A stretch of DNA of 55,610 nucleotides from an uncultured archaeon (GCA_964632315.1 CAZWEM010000026.1:1-55610); one strand, 5' to 3'. Counted from the stretch's first letter, positions 9,787 through 19,379 are shown. A program made the numbers and translations. The notes: generated by a model from the sequence alone, not told the origin.

Positions 9787-12700
9787 ATGAAAGAAATGAG
9801 TGACGAAACAGAGGAGTATTTCTCAACAATACAAAAAAATGTTGATAAGTGTTATAAAATTGCTGACAAAGCTCGCCAAAAAGGATTGGATCCTGAATTA
9901 TCTGTAGAATCTCCTCAAGCTAAAGATTTAGCGGGTAGAGTTGAAAAATTGGTAGGTCCCGATGGTGTTGCCGACCTCATAAGAAATTTGAAATCTATAG
10001 GCAAAAACGATGATGAAATTGTTTTCCATGTAGTATCAGAGATTTTAGATCAAAAACTTGGAAATATCAAATCACTAGAAGAACGTGTAGAACGTGCAAT
10101 AAGGACAGGATTAGCAATTAAGACAATGGGAGTAGTTAGTGCTCCCTTAGAGGGCATCTCTAAAATTTTAATTCGAAATGATAATCAAGGAAATTCTTAT
10201 CTCTCTCTTTATTTTGCAGGACCAATTAGAGCCGCTGGTGGAACTACAGCGGCTTTGTGTGTTCTTGTTGCTGATTATGTGAGAGAAAGGTCAAGCATCC
10301 CTAAATATGAGGCCTCTGAAGCAGAAATTGGGAGGTACGTAGAGGAAGTAAAGCTTTATGACAGAAGAGTTCATCTCCAATATCCTTCATCTAATGATGA
10401 GATTAGATATGCTGTTCGACATTTACCAATTGAAATTAATGGGGATTCAACGGAAAATGAAGAAGTTTCAGCATTCAGAGATTTACCTCGTGTAGAAACT
10501 AACAATATTCGTGGTGGAGCTTGTTTAGTTTTAAATGACGGAATTTTGCTAAAAGCACCTAAATTGTTGAAAATTGCGCGAACCATGAATCTAAAAAGTT
10601 GGGATTGGTTAGCAGATCTAAAGAAAATTGCACAGAAAGAAGAAAAAATACAAAAATCTGAAAAAGTGGAGAGTAAGCAAAAAATTTTACCAAATTCAAA
10701 GTTCGTATCGGATATTATCGCTGGAAGACCCGTTTTTAGCCATCCTTCTAAAGTTGGAGGGCATAGGATTAGATATGGGAGGTCAAGAAACACAGGATTA
10801 GCTGCTGCAGGAATACATCCTGCAACAATGGGCATACTAGATAATTTTATTGCTATTGGAACTCAATTAAGAATTGAAAGACCGGGAAAAAGTGCCAGTA
10901 TTTGTCCAGTTGATTCTATCGAGCCTCCTATAGTAAAATTAAAGAACGGAAATGTGATTAAAATTAAAAGTTTAAAGGAGGCTAATAAAAAATTCAAAGA
11001 AGTGGAAAAGATATTATTTTTAGGAGATATCCTATTTGGATTTGGTGAATTTGCTGAAAATAATCATAAATTAGTACCTTCTGGCTACGTGGAAGAATGG
11101 TGGGCTTTAGAATTAGCTAATACAATAAGTGATTCAGATTATGAACTTTATAAACCTTTTATTGATAATCCCTTTAAGAACTATCCTTCTGCTAAAGAAG
11201 CAATAGAATTGAGCAAAAAGTATGATATTCCGCTTCATCCTCGATTTACTGATCACTGGGGCAACATTTCAGTAAAAGAATTAAAATTCCTAAGAAGTCA
11301 TCTATTAAATGGATATAATCATTCTATTTATTTAAAAAATGACCCGAAAGTAAAAGAACTTCTTGAAAGAGCATTTGTAACCCATAAAGTTGAGGGGGAT
11401 CAAATTAAATTCAGTAAATCTATGGAATTTATCTATCAAGTCCTCTTTAAACTAGAAAACGATGAGGAGGGCTTAATAAATGATAATGATGACCAATTTT
11501 CTTTTTTTAAAAAAATATCAGGTCTGAACGTACGAAATAAAGCACCTTATTATATGGGTACTAGAATGGGACGCCCTGAAAAGTCTGAAAGAAAGAGCAT
11601 GAAAGGAATCCATACATTATTCCCTTTGAGTAGTAAAATTGGAAATACTAGGTTAGTAGAGACGGCTATGAAATTAGAAAAAGTGAGAGTGGATATATGT
11701 AGAAAGAAGTGTCCAGAATGTGGAAAAGTTACAATATTTAATAAATGTGATAAGTGTGGAGCTCACACCGAAATTCAAAAAATTTGTAATAATTGTAAAA
11801 AATTATATCCGAAAAGCGAACAAAAATGTTCTAGATGTGGTGGTGAATTGAATTTCTCTAGTGAAGCATCTATTAATATCAAAAGTCATATAAATACTTC
11901 TTTGAATAAATTGAATACCTCTCTTCCAAATAAAATGAAAGGGATTTTTGGTCTTACTAATAAATTTAAAGTACCAGAGCCAATTGAAAAAGGGATTTTA
12001 AGAGCAAAGAATGGTTTATTAGTCTATAAAACTGCTGAAATTAGATATGATGCCACCGATATACCCCTTACTCATTTTAAACCCAAAGAAGTTAACGTGA
12101 GTATAGAAAAGCTTAAAAGTTTAGGATATCATAAAGATTATCAAGGAAATCCTCTCGTTGATTCCAATCAGATCATAGAACTAAAGGTTCAAGATGTGAT
12201 TTTATCTGAAGATTGCGCAAATTATTTCATAAAACTTACTAATTTTTTGGATGATGAATTGGAATATTTTTATGATTTAGAGAGATTTTACTACGTTCAA
12301 AACAAGACTGATCTTATAGGTCATTTGATCGTTGGTCTTGCTCCTCACACAAGTGCTGGGATTATAGGAAGAATAATTGGTTTCTCAGCAGTTAGGTCCA
12401 TATATGCACATCCATATTGGCATGCTGCTAAGAGGAGAAATTGTGATGGAGATGAGGATGGCTTAATGTTATTATTAGATCCAATCCTAAACTTCTCTAG
12501 ATTTTATTTGCCAAGTAAAATTGGAGGGAGGATGGATGCGACTCTAGTAATATCATCAAGATTAGACCCAAATGAGATAGATGTGGAAGCACATAATATT
12601 GATACTCTCTTTCAGTATCCTTTAGAATTCTATGAATCAACTTTACAATATATCCCTCCAAATCAAATAGAAAAGCAAATGATGCTCGTTAAGAGTAAGC

Positions 12701-13200
12701 TAGGTACTCCTCAGCAGTACCAAAGTATCGGTTTTAATATTCCTACTGAGAATATTAATAATGGTCCCTTAATGACAGCATATAAAACGCATGAAGATAT
12801 GTCTGAAAAAATTGAAGCCCAACTACATCTCGCTAAGATAATAAATGCAGTGGATGCTAAGAAAGTGGCAGAAAAGATATTATCATCACACTTTAATCCG
12901 GATATTCTTGGTAATTTACGTAAGTTTAGTGTTCAAGAATTTAGATGCGTCAAGTGTAATGAAAAGTTTCGCAGGCCTCCAATTTCTAATGGAGGGAAAT
13001 GTTCTAAATGTGGAAATAAAGTTATTCTAACAGTTAATCGGGGAGGTATAGAAAAATATGTTCCGCGTGCTGTTAAGATTTGCCAAGATTTTGAACTAGA
13101 TCATTATACTATGCAAAGAATGGAACTGATTGAACAATACGTGACAAGTTTAACAAACAACCCAAAAGTAAAACAGCAAAAATTAATAGATTTCTTTTAA
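9787..13200 (+). CDS. polC: DNA polymerase D large subunit DP2, intein-free
   Basis: FAGPIRAAGGT, RYGRSRNTG, GLAPHTSAG, HAAKRRNCDGDED, zinc fingers and C-terminal PIP box QQKLIDFF. Confidence 0.97.
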   Translation: MKEMSDETEEYFSTIQKNVDKCYKIADKARQKGLDPELSVESPQAKDLAGRVEKLVGPDGVADLIRNLKSIGKNDDEIVFHVVSEILDQKLGNIKSLEERVERAIRTGLAIKTMGVVSAPLEGISKILIRNDNQGNSYLSLYFAGPIRAAGGTTAALCVLVADYVRERSSIPKYEASEAEIGRYVEEVKLYDRRVHLQYPSSNDEIRYAVRHLPIEINGDSTENEEVSAFRDLPRVETNNIRGGACLVLNDGILLKAPKLLKIARTMNLKSWDWLADLKKIAQKEEKIQKSEKVESKQKILPNSKFVSDIIAGRPVFSHPSKVGGHRIRYGRSRNTGLAAAGIHPATMGILDNFIAIGTQLRIERPGKSASICPVDSIEPPIVKLKNGNVIKIKSLKEANKKFKEVEKILFLGDILFGFGEFAENNHKLVPSGYVEEWWALELANTISDSDYELYKPFIDNPFKNYPSAKEAIELSKKYDIPLHPRFTDHWGNISVKELKFLRSHLLNGYNHSIYLKNDPKVKELLERAFVTHKVEGDQIKFSKSMEFIYQVLFKLENDEEGLINDNDDQFSFFKKISGLNVRNKAPYYMGTRMGRPEKSERKSMKGIHTLFPLSSKIGNTRLVETAMKLEKVRVDICRKKCPECGKVTIFNKCDKCGAHTEIQKICNNCKKLYPKSEQKCSRCGGELNFSSEASINIKSHINTSLNKLNTSLPNKMKGIFGLTNKFKVPEPIEKGILRAKNGLLVYKTAEIRYDATDIPLTHFKPKEVNVSIEKLKSLGYHKDYQGNPLVDSNQIIELKVQDVILSEDCANYFIKLTNFLDDELEYFYDLERFYYVQNKTDLIGHLIVGLAPHTSAGIIGRIIGFSAVRSIYAHPYWHAAKRRNCDGDEDGLMLLLDPILNFSRFYLPSKIGGRMDATLVISSRLDPNEIDVEAHNIDTLFQYPLEFYESTLQYIPPNQIEKQMMLVKSKLGTPQQYQSIGFNIPTENINNGPLMTAYKTHEDMSEKIEAQLHLAKIINAVDAKKVAEKILSSHFNPDILGNLRKFSVQEFRCVKCNEKFRRPPISNGGKCSKCGNKVILTVNRGGIEKYVPRAVKICQDFELDHYTMQRMELIEQYVTSLTNNPKVKQQKLIDFF

Positions 13201-14388
13201 TTATAATTCTGAATCAATTTTGTTTAAAACCTCTACTGAAATATTAAAAGCTCCATCTAAATTTGCTGGATTACATTTATCTGGCGTATCTCTTGGAGAA
13301 TGTATGTATTTAGAATCTTTAGCAGAATGAAAACATGCTACTTGAAATCTAGATTTGGTTTTTCGAGCAAATCTTAAGAATTTTCGATGATCTGTTTTTG
13401 GATTTATAAAATAGTTATGTTTAACGTATTTTATATCTAAATTTTCTGCTGCTTCTTCAATATACATGTTAAGCGATTTGTTTATTTTCTTATTTTTTAA
13501 TATCCCTTTCTCATGAATTAATCCAATATAGCTACCAATCATGTCATAATTTATATTAAATGATTTATCTAAATCATAATTCTTTTGTAATTTTGACCTA
13601 TGCCTTTTTAAGTATCTCTTTGACCCAATTAAACCCCATTCTTCTGCTCCCGTGAAAATAATGATCACGTCCATATTTTTTAACGGGTTTTTTTTCAGAT
13701 ATTTTGTTAATTCAATCAAAATTGATACTCCACTGGCATTATCAATTGCTCCGAGCGACTCTTTTGTGCTATATAGTATTAATCCAATTAAGAAAGTTAT
13801 TAAGAAACTAGAAATTGAGGATAAAAAGATAAGATTTGAGACCTCAATCATAATCACATTGTGAGAATCAAAAAGAAGCCATAAAGATAAGGAGACTGTA
13901 AAACCTAAATAGGGTATGATAATTGTCTTAAATACAAAAAATAAGATCACTTGGATTCTATAAGGAAGATTTGCTGAAAAAGAGTCATAATGAGCGGTTA
14001 ATATTGCTACAGGTTTTTTACCTTCATTTTTGGAGGGAAATTCAACAATTAAATTTTTAGAACTCTCTTTTCCTAAGAGTGTATAGTGTCTTGCTTTTGC
14101 GAAAAGAAATTTAACCGAAAAATATAAAACTAATATTAACAAAAGCCTATAGAAAATTATGTATGAAATTATTATCGCATAAGCCATGCGCATTAGCATT
14201 TTCTTTAATCCTATATATTCAAAATATTCCAGTCTGGAAGATATATTATTTTTATCAAGTATATTTCGTATATATAACATCCCCTGCGTTTCTCCTGTTG
14301 TTCCCGTAGTACGATTAAAAGCTAATCCATTAACATGTTGCATTATTGTTTGAAATTCTTCAACTTTTGGAACTAGAGTTACTGTCAT
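13201..14388 (-). CDS. M28-family metallopeptidase with membrane-spanning inserts
   Basis: AHYDS, GAIDNASG, GAEEWGLIGS, NYDMIG, TDH and IHSPRD; hydrophobic helices inserted within the domain. Confidence 0.85.
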   Translation of the reverse strand: MTVTLVPKVEEFQTIMQHVNGLAFNRTTGTTGETQGMLYIRNILDKNNISSRLEYFEYIGLKKMLMRMAYAIIISYIIFYRLLLILVLYFSVKFLFAKARHYTLLGKESSKNLIVEFPSKNEGKKPVAILTAHYDSFSANLPYRIQVILFFVFKTIIIPYLGFTVSLSLWLLFDSHNVIMIEVSNLIFLSSISSFLITFLIGLILYSTKESLGAIDNASGVSILIELTKYLKKNPLKNMDVIIIFTGAEEWGLIGSKRYLKRHRSKLQKNYDLDKSFNINYDMIGSYIGLIHEKGILKNKKINKSLNMYIEEAAENLDIKYVKHNYFINPKTDHRKFLRFARKTKSRFQVACFHSAKDSKYIHSPRDTPDKCNPANLDGAFNISVEVLNKIDSEL

Positions 14389-14527
14389 TTTGTTGATATA
14401 TTGTACATAATTTTTTAGATTATTAATGTACGAGTAAACTATTAAATCTAACCTTTATCTTTTCTTTAAAAAGTGTCTTTTATACAATATTTTTCACATG
14501 GGATTATTTATAAATACTTTTAGAGAA

Positions 14528-14670
14528 TGCAGGAGGTGGGATTTTCAAACCGTATCGACGTGATACGCGTCTTTGAACCCACGAACTTAGGTCGAGACCT
14601 TAAGGTCCTCGATGACCTATGTCACTAGAGCCTCAGTCTAGCGCCGTAGACCACGCTTGGCTACCCCTGC
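14528..14670 (-). tRNA. tRNA-Leu(GAG) with two introns (14586-14613 in the variable arm; 14542-14571 in the T-loop, 59/60)
   Basis: Hand-folded: acceptor GCAGGGG/CTCCTGC, anticodon arm CTAGA-CTGAGGC-TCTAG. BHB-rule cuts restore variable arm TGACATAGGTCTTC and T-arm GTGGGTTCAAATCCCAC. Confidence 0.92.
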
Positions 14671-15171
14671 AAAAGAAATAGAATCTTAATTTTAGATTTT
14701 TTAATAAATTTTTCAAGAATTACTTTATAAAATTGAGGCATTTTTAAAAAATTTGTTTTTTAGCAATTATTAAAAATTGGATGAATTTTGTGGAAGTTTA
14801 CAAAACTTTAGAATCTCAGATAAGGGAACATGGAAAATTTGCATTAGTTTAATTTAACTTAATCGTGACTTCGGTAGAAAGGCAGTGATCTATGAAATAG
14901 TTAATGAATTATGCCTATGTTTGAATATTTTATTTAATAAGGTTAAGATTGGGTGGCTAATAAATACAAGTAGGCTAAAACTTTACGTTTTGAAGTTAGT
15001 AATGAGAAGTTTAAGACTCTCGGTGATTCAGTGAATTATGTGGGAAGACTGGTTGAAAATAGTCTTCCCTTGTTTAATGTTAAATAAGATATCAATATTA
15101 TACAAAAAAATTTTTATGATGAGTCTTACCTAGTAATATATTCAGATATACAATTCAAAGGAATACAATTA

Positions 15172-16185
15172 GTGTCAGTAGATACAAAAAAATTAGAAGC
15201 ATTACTACAATGGTATGGTCATAGTATTGGCGAAAACTTAATAGCTGCGATAGTTGTGAATAGGGATGGTTTAATAATATATAGTTTAGTGGGGGATTCT
15301 GAAAAATCTTTAGATGAAGAAATCGTTGGGGGTGTTAGTGCTTTAGTAGAACCTGTTTTGACTCGGATAACTGAAGAATTCAGTTCTGGATCATTTGGCA
15401 CTGGTACTTTTGACACAGAAGAATATAGATTGATATTTTGTGAAGCTGGTCCAGAAGCTGTTTTAGTGACTATTTTAGATGCTATAGCAGGTGTTGATCC
15501 AGTCTTTCCCTATGCTTATCTTGCGGCAGAAAAAATCGCGAGGATTTTTGATGGAAGAACAGTTAGTCCCGTGATACCAAAATTAACAGGAAGGACTAGT
15601 ACTGAAAATGTGCAAAAAAAAGTTAACCAATTACAAAAAATAAAAGTAAAATCGGGAGAGTACGCATATAAACTTATACTAGGAGGGGATGGAGCAGTTG
15701 GAAAGACCAGTATGGTACATCGTTTTGTTGAAGGGACTTTTACTAAAGACTACAAATCTACAATAGGTACTTCAATTATGAAAAAAGAATGCCAGTTCGA
15801 TGAGTTAAAAAGTAAAGTTCGATTTATTATCTGGGATCTTGCTGGACAGAGTCAATTTAAGAGAGTAAGGCAGTCCTATTTAGCAAATGCAGAAGCAGGA
15901 ATTTTGGTTTTTGATGTGACAAATCTTAGTTCGTATGAAAACATTGAAAATTGGTATAAAGAGATAATTGTAGCATCTCCTAAAATTTCGCTCATTATGG
16001 TAGGAAATAAAATTGATTTGGAAGATCAAAGAATTGTTGCTTTTGAAGAAGGTGAAAAAATTGCGAAAAAGCTAGGATTAACATATATTGAAACTTCAGC
16101 AAAAACGGGAGAAAATATCAATGATGCATTTAGAATCCTTGCGCTTCAAATCGTAAAGAATTATATCGTAACTGAAGATTTATAG
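15172..16185 (+). CDS. Roadblock/LC7 domain fused to a Rab-like small GTPase
   Basis: AAIVVNRDGLII roadblock start; G1 GDGAVGKT, G2 STIG, G3 WDLAGQ, G4 NKID, G5 ETSAK. Confidence 0.9.
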   Translation: MSVDTKKLEALLQWYGHSIGENLIAAIVVNRDGLIIYSLVGDSEKSLDEEIVGGVSALVEPVLTRITEEFSSGSFGTGTFDTEEYRLIFCEAGPEAVLVTILDAIAGVDPVFPYAYLAAEKIARIFDGRTVSPVIPKLTGRTSTENVQKKVNQLQKIKVKSGEYAYKLILGGDGAVGKTSMVHRFVEGTFTKDYKSTIGTSIMKKECQFDELKSKVRFIIWDLAGQSQFKRVRQSYLANAEAGILVFDVTNLSSYENIENWYKEIIVASPKISLIMVGNKIDLEDQRIVAFEEGEKIAKKLGLTYIETSAKTGENINDAFRILALQIVKNYIVTEDL

Positions 16186-16287
16186 AGCCTCTGGGGGGAA
16201 TTGAACCCCCGACCGATTCATCTGAGTGAATGACCTATTCTCTCATTTGATTACGAATCAATCGCTATACCGCTAAGCCACAGAGGC
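16186..16287 (-). tRNA. tRNA-Thr(CGT) with a 30-nt intron at 42/43 (16217-16246)
   Basis: Acceptor GCCTCTG/CAGAGGC with U73. Removing the intron gives anticodon stem ATTGA/TCAAT, variable loop CGGTC and T-arm GGGGG-TTCAATT-CCCCC. Confidence 0.9.
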
Positions 16288-16334
16288 ACTCATTTATTAT
16301 GAAATATAATAATAATGTATTATAAAATTTTTCT

Positions 16335-17351
16335 ATGTACGTAACTAATAAAGTAAAGGATCTTGGAGAAGTTAAACTCATTGAGTTAATTGATGAGATT
16401 ATTTACCAAAAGAAGGGAACTCATTTATTAAAAGATGATGCCTTTTTCTATCAGATTAGAAAGAAAGGTGACCTGAAAACTATTGTTTTTAATTCAGATA
16501 TGTTTGTTGCTTCTACAGACGCTCCAAGTCAAATGAATTATTTTCAAATGGGTTACAAGTCAATCGTGATGAATATTAGTGATCTTCTAGTTAAGGGAGT
16601 AAAGCCAAAAGCGGTTTTAATTTCATTAGGGATCCCAGAAAATCTATTAATAACTGAATTTAAAAACTTGATATTGGGCATAGTAGATTGTTGTAATAAA
16701 AATCATATTGAATATCTTGGAGGAGATTTGAACGATACTAAAGAAGTAATTATAAGTCCGACTGTGTTTGGATTTAAGCCCCCCGATGAGATTATTCATA
16801 GATATGGAATGAATGTAGGAGATTTTGTATTAATCACAGAAAAATTTGGGTTAACAGGAGTGGGTTTTGAGATATTATTGAATCAAAAATGTAAGATTGA
16901 TGATTTTTCCACCTATGCAAAATCCATAAAAAGTGTTTTAGAACCCTCGGTAATAGGTAATGTAGCATTATTATTATCGAAATCTGGATTAGCAACGGCA
17001 TCCATAGACTCTTCTGATGGATTAGCCAAATCTTTAAAAGATTTAATGTTAGCCAATCCTAATCGAGGTTTTGAAATAAACTTTAATAAAAATCTAATCC
17101 ACGAGGAAGCAAGAAAGTTTTCTGTAAAATATAATGTTCCACTGGAGAAATTGATATTTAATGGAGGAGAAGAATACATTCATATCTTTACTATCAACCG
17201 AGAAAATTACCAAAAAGTAAGTCAACTACTTAAATCATCAACTTACACGTTTTATAATGTTGGGAGCGTAATAAAAGAAGAAAAAGTGTACATAAATAAA
17301 AATGGGCAGAAACAGGAAATTGTTTATAATGGATTTGAACATTTTAGTTAA
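16335..17351 (+). CDS. thiL: Thiamine-monophosphate kinase
   Basis: LGEVKLI, DDA, NISDL, GGDL, DSSDGL, GGEEY and GFEHF. Confidence 0.9.
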   Translation: MYVTNKVKDLGEVKLIELIDEIIYQKKGTHLLKDDAFFYQIRKKGDLKTIVFNSDMFVASTDAPSQMNYFQMGYKSIVMNISDLLVKGVKPKAVLISLGIPENLLITEFKNLILGIVDCCNKNHIEYLGGDLNDTKEVIISPTVFGFKPPDEIIHRYGMNVGDFVLITEKFGLTGVGFEILLNQKCKIDDFSTYAKSIKSVLEPSVIGNVALLLSKSGLATASIDSSDGLAKSLKDLMLANPNRGFEINFNKNLIHEEARKFSVKYNVPLEKLIFNGGEEYIHIFTINRENYQKVSQLLKSSTYTFYNVGSVIKEEKVYINKNGQKQEIVYNGFEHFS

Positions 17352-17497
17352 CTCTTTTTATGAATAAAGCATATTTAATTCATTATAACTTATCCTACAG
17401 AAAAAGTTTTATATAAAGAAGGATTTTTTCTCATAGATTTTCATTTTAATAATGATATAGTCTATAAATAGATGAAATTAAAATTAAGTTTAGTTAT

Positions 17498-17596
17498 GGG
17501 CCATTAGCGCAGGCAGGTAGCGCAGCAGGCTTTTAACCTGAAACTTGTAAATGGATACAAGCAGGAAGGTCGTGGGTTCAATTCCCACATGGCCCG
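17498..17596 (+). tRNA. tRNA-Lys(TTT) with a 25-nt intron at 44/45 (17543-17567)
   Basis: Acceptor GGGCCAT/ATGGCCC; BHB with CCTG/CAGG central helix, AAA and AAG bulges and inner hairpin CTTGTA/TACAAG. Confidence 0.92.
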
Positions 17597-17683
17597 TTCA
17601 TTCTCATTTATTATATTGCTTGATAAATTCGAAAATATTTAATGATTTTGGGTAATGATAGATTTTATTAAAAAAGAAATTTA

Positions 17684-18724
17684 ATGAATTATTTATTCAT
17701 ATTAAAAAGGGACTTTAATAATATGACAAATTCAAAGCTTCCATCAGACGAACCAGAGCAATTATTAGTTAAATCAAACGATGTATCTAATGAGAAGTAT
17801 GGAAAATCACCGGAAAAGAGAAGCATTGAAGAACTCTTGAAATTTGGAGTAATTAACTTGGATAAACCCAGTGGTCCTTCTAGTCATGAAGTAGTTTCTT
17901 GGGTTCGTAAGATTTTGAATATCTCTTTAGCAGGACATGGAGGAACATTAGACCCTAATGTGACCGGGATTTTACCTTGTGCTCTTGGAAAAGCAACTCG
18001 AGTTTTATCCGCTCTACTTTCAGCCGGGAAGGAATATGTTTGTGTGATGTATTTACATTCAATAGAAAACCCAAAAAAGATTGAAAAAGTTATTAACCTA
18101 TTTATAGGCAAGATTTATCAGACGCCTCCTTTAAAATCATCTGTTTTACGCAAATTGAGAATAAGAGAGATATATTATAATGATATTTTGGAGATAAAAA
18201 ATCAACATGTTTTGTTTAGAGTAGGTTGTCAGGCAGGTACCTATATTCGAAAATTGTGCTACGATATAGGAGAAGTATTATGTTCAGGAGCAAATATGCT
18301 AGAACTCAGGAGGACGAGAGTAGGCAATTTTAGAGAAAATAACACATTATTTACTTTACAAAATTTAAAAGATGCTTGGGATATCTATCAAGAAGAATTA
18401 GATGAATCATATTTACGCAAGATCATCTTACCAATGGAAAGAATGGTGTCACATCTCCCCAAAGTATATATCAGAGATACTGCTGTAGATGCAATTTGCC
18501 ATGGTGCTGATTTGGCTGCTTCTGGAATTTGCTTCATTGATGCTAGAATAAAAACTGGGGATCTAGTGGCATTAATGACATTAAAAAAAGAATTAATTGG
18601 ATTTGGACAAAGTGCATTCAATGCGATAAAAATCTATAAAGCTAAAAACGGAATTATGATCAATCTTAAAAAAGTTTTCATGGACAGAGGAACATATCCT
18701 CGTTGGACAGAAAAAAATAATTAA
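17684..18724 (+). CDS. cbf5: H/ACA pseudouridine synthase Cbf5 (likely start 17723)
   Basis: LDKPSGPSSHEV, GHGGTLDP, GTYIRKLC, ELRRTR and a PUA domain. Confidence 0.95.
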   Translation: MNYLFILKRDFNNMTNSKLPSDEPEQLLVKSNDVSNEKYGKSPEKRSIEELLKFGVINLDKPSGPSSHEVVSWVRKILNISLAGHGGTLDPNVTGILPCALGKATRVLSALLSAGKEYVCVMYLHSIENPKKIEKVINLFIGKIYQTPPLKSSVLRKLRIREIYYNDILEIKNQHVLFRVGCQAGTYIRKLCYDIGEVLCSGANMLELRRTRVGNFRENNTLFTLQNLKDAWDIYQEELDESYLRKIILPMERMVSHLPKVYIRDTAVDAICHGADLAASGICFIDARIKTGDLVALMTLKKELIGFGQSAFNAIKIYKAKNGIMINLKKVFMDRGTYPRWTEKNN

Positions 18725-18746
18725 TTAATACTTACAGAGATTTTTT

Positions 18747-19379
18747 ATGAGGAATGAACATCAAGATTATTCAACCGAATTGCCAGAAGTACCACTCAAA
18801 GTATATACTATTCCAGTAAGCTTGAAGAAACATTTATATTTATTTAAAACTGTTAGTGGGATTTTTTCTTACAAGAAATTAGATTTAGGAACGAAAGTAC
18901 TTATCGAAAATATGGTCATTAATAAAAAATCTTCTCAAGTATTAGATTTAGGTTGTGGATATGGAATAATAGGCATAGTTTTAGCTTATGAATCCCCCGA
19001 AAGCAGTGTTTATTTTATAGATATCAATAAACGTGCAATATGGAGCACTAAAGAAAATATTAAGCTTAATATACCATATTTGCAGTCTAACCTTCATGTT
19101 TATACAGGTAACTATTTTTTACCATTGAATAATAAAAATGTCAAATTTGATGCGATCTATATGAATCCCCCCATTAGAAAGGGACGTGAAGAATTTTTAA
19201 ACCTTTTTAAAGAGATAAAATATTATTTAAAATCTAATGGGTCATTTCAATTTGTAATTCGAAAGAAATTGGGGGCGGAATATATCTATAAGTATTTAAT
19301 TGATTTATATTCAGACAAACAAATAAGGATTTTATGCAAGCGGAGTGGTTACTGGGTATTTTATTTTACTCAAATTTAA
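18747..19379 (+). CDS. RsmC-like small SAM methyltransferase
   Basis: GIFS..LD.GT, LDLGCGYG and NPPIRKG. Confidence 0.85.
   Translation: MRNEHQDYSTELPEVPLKVYTIPVSLKKHLYLFKTVSGIFSYKKLDLGTKVLIENMVINKKSSQVLDLGCGYGIIGIVLAYESPESSVYFIDINKRAIWSTKENIKLNIPYLQSNLHVYTGNYFLPLNNKNVKFDAIYMNPPIRKGREEFLNLFKEIKYYLKSNGSFQFVIRKKLGAEYIYKYLIDLYSDKQIRILCKRSGYWVFYFTQI

Noticed and set aside
12400-12470. Possible intein at the usual DP2 insertion site
   Set aside because: HAAKRRNCDGDED is contiguous and the protein length is normal
15042-15069. SECIS interpretation of the hairpin
   Set aside because: No upstream gene with a credible in-frame TGA at a Cys position and no AUGA/GA core geometry
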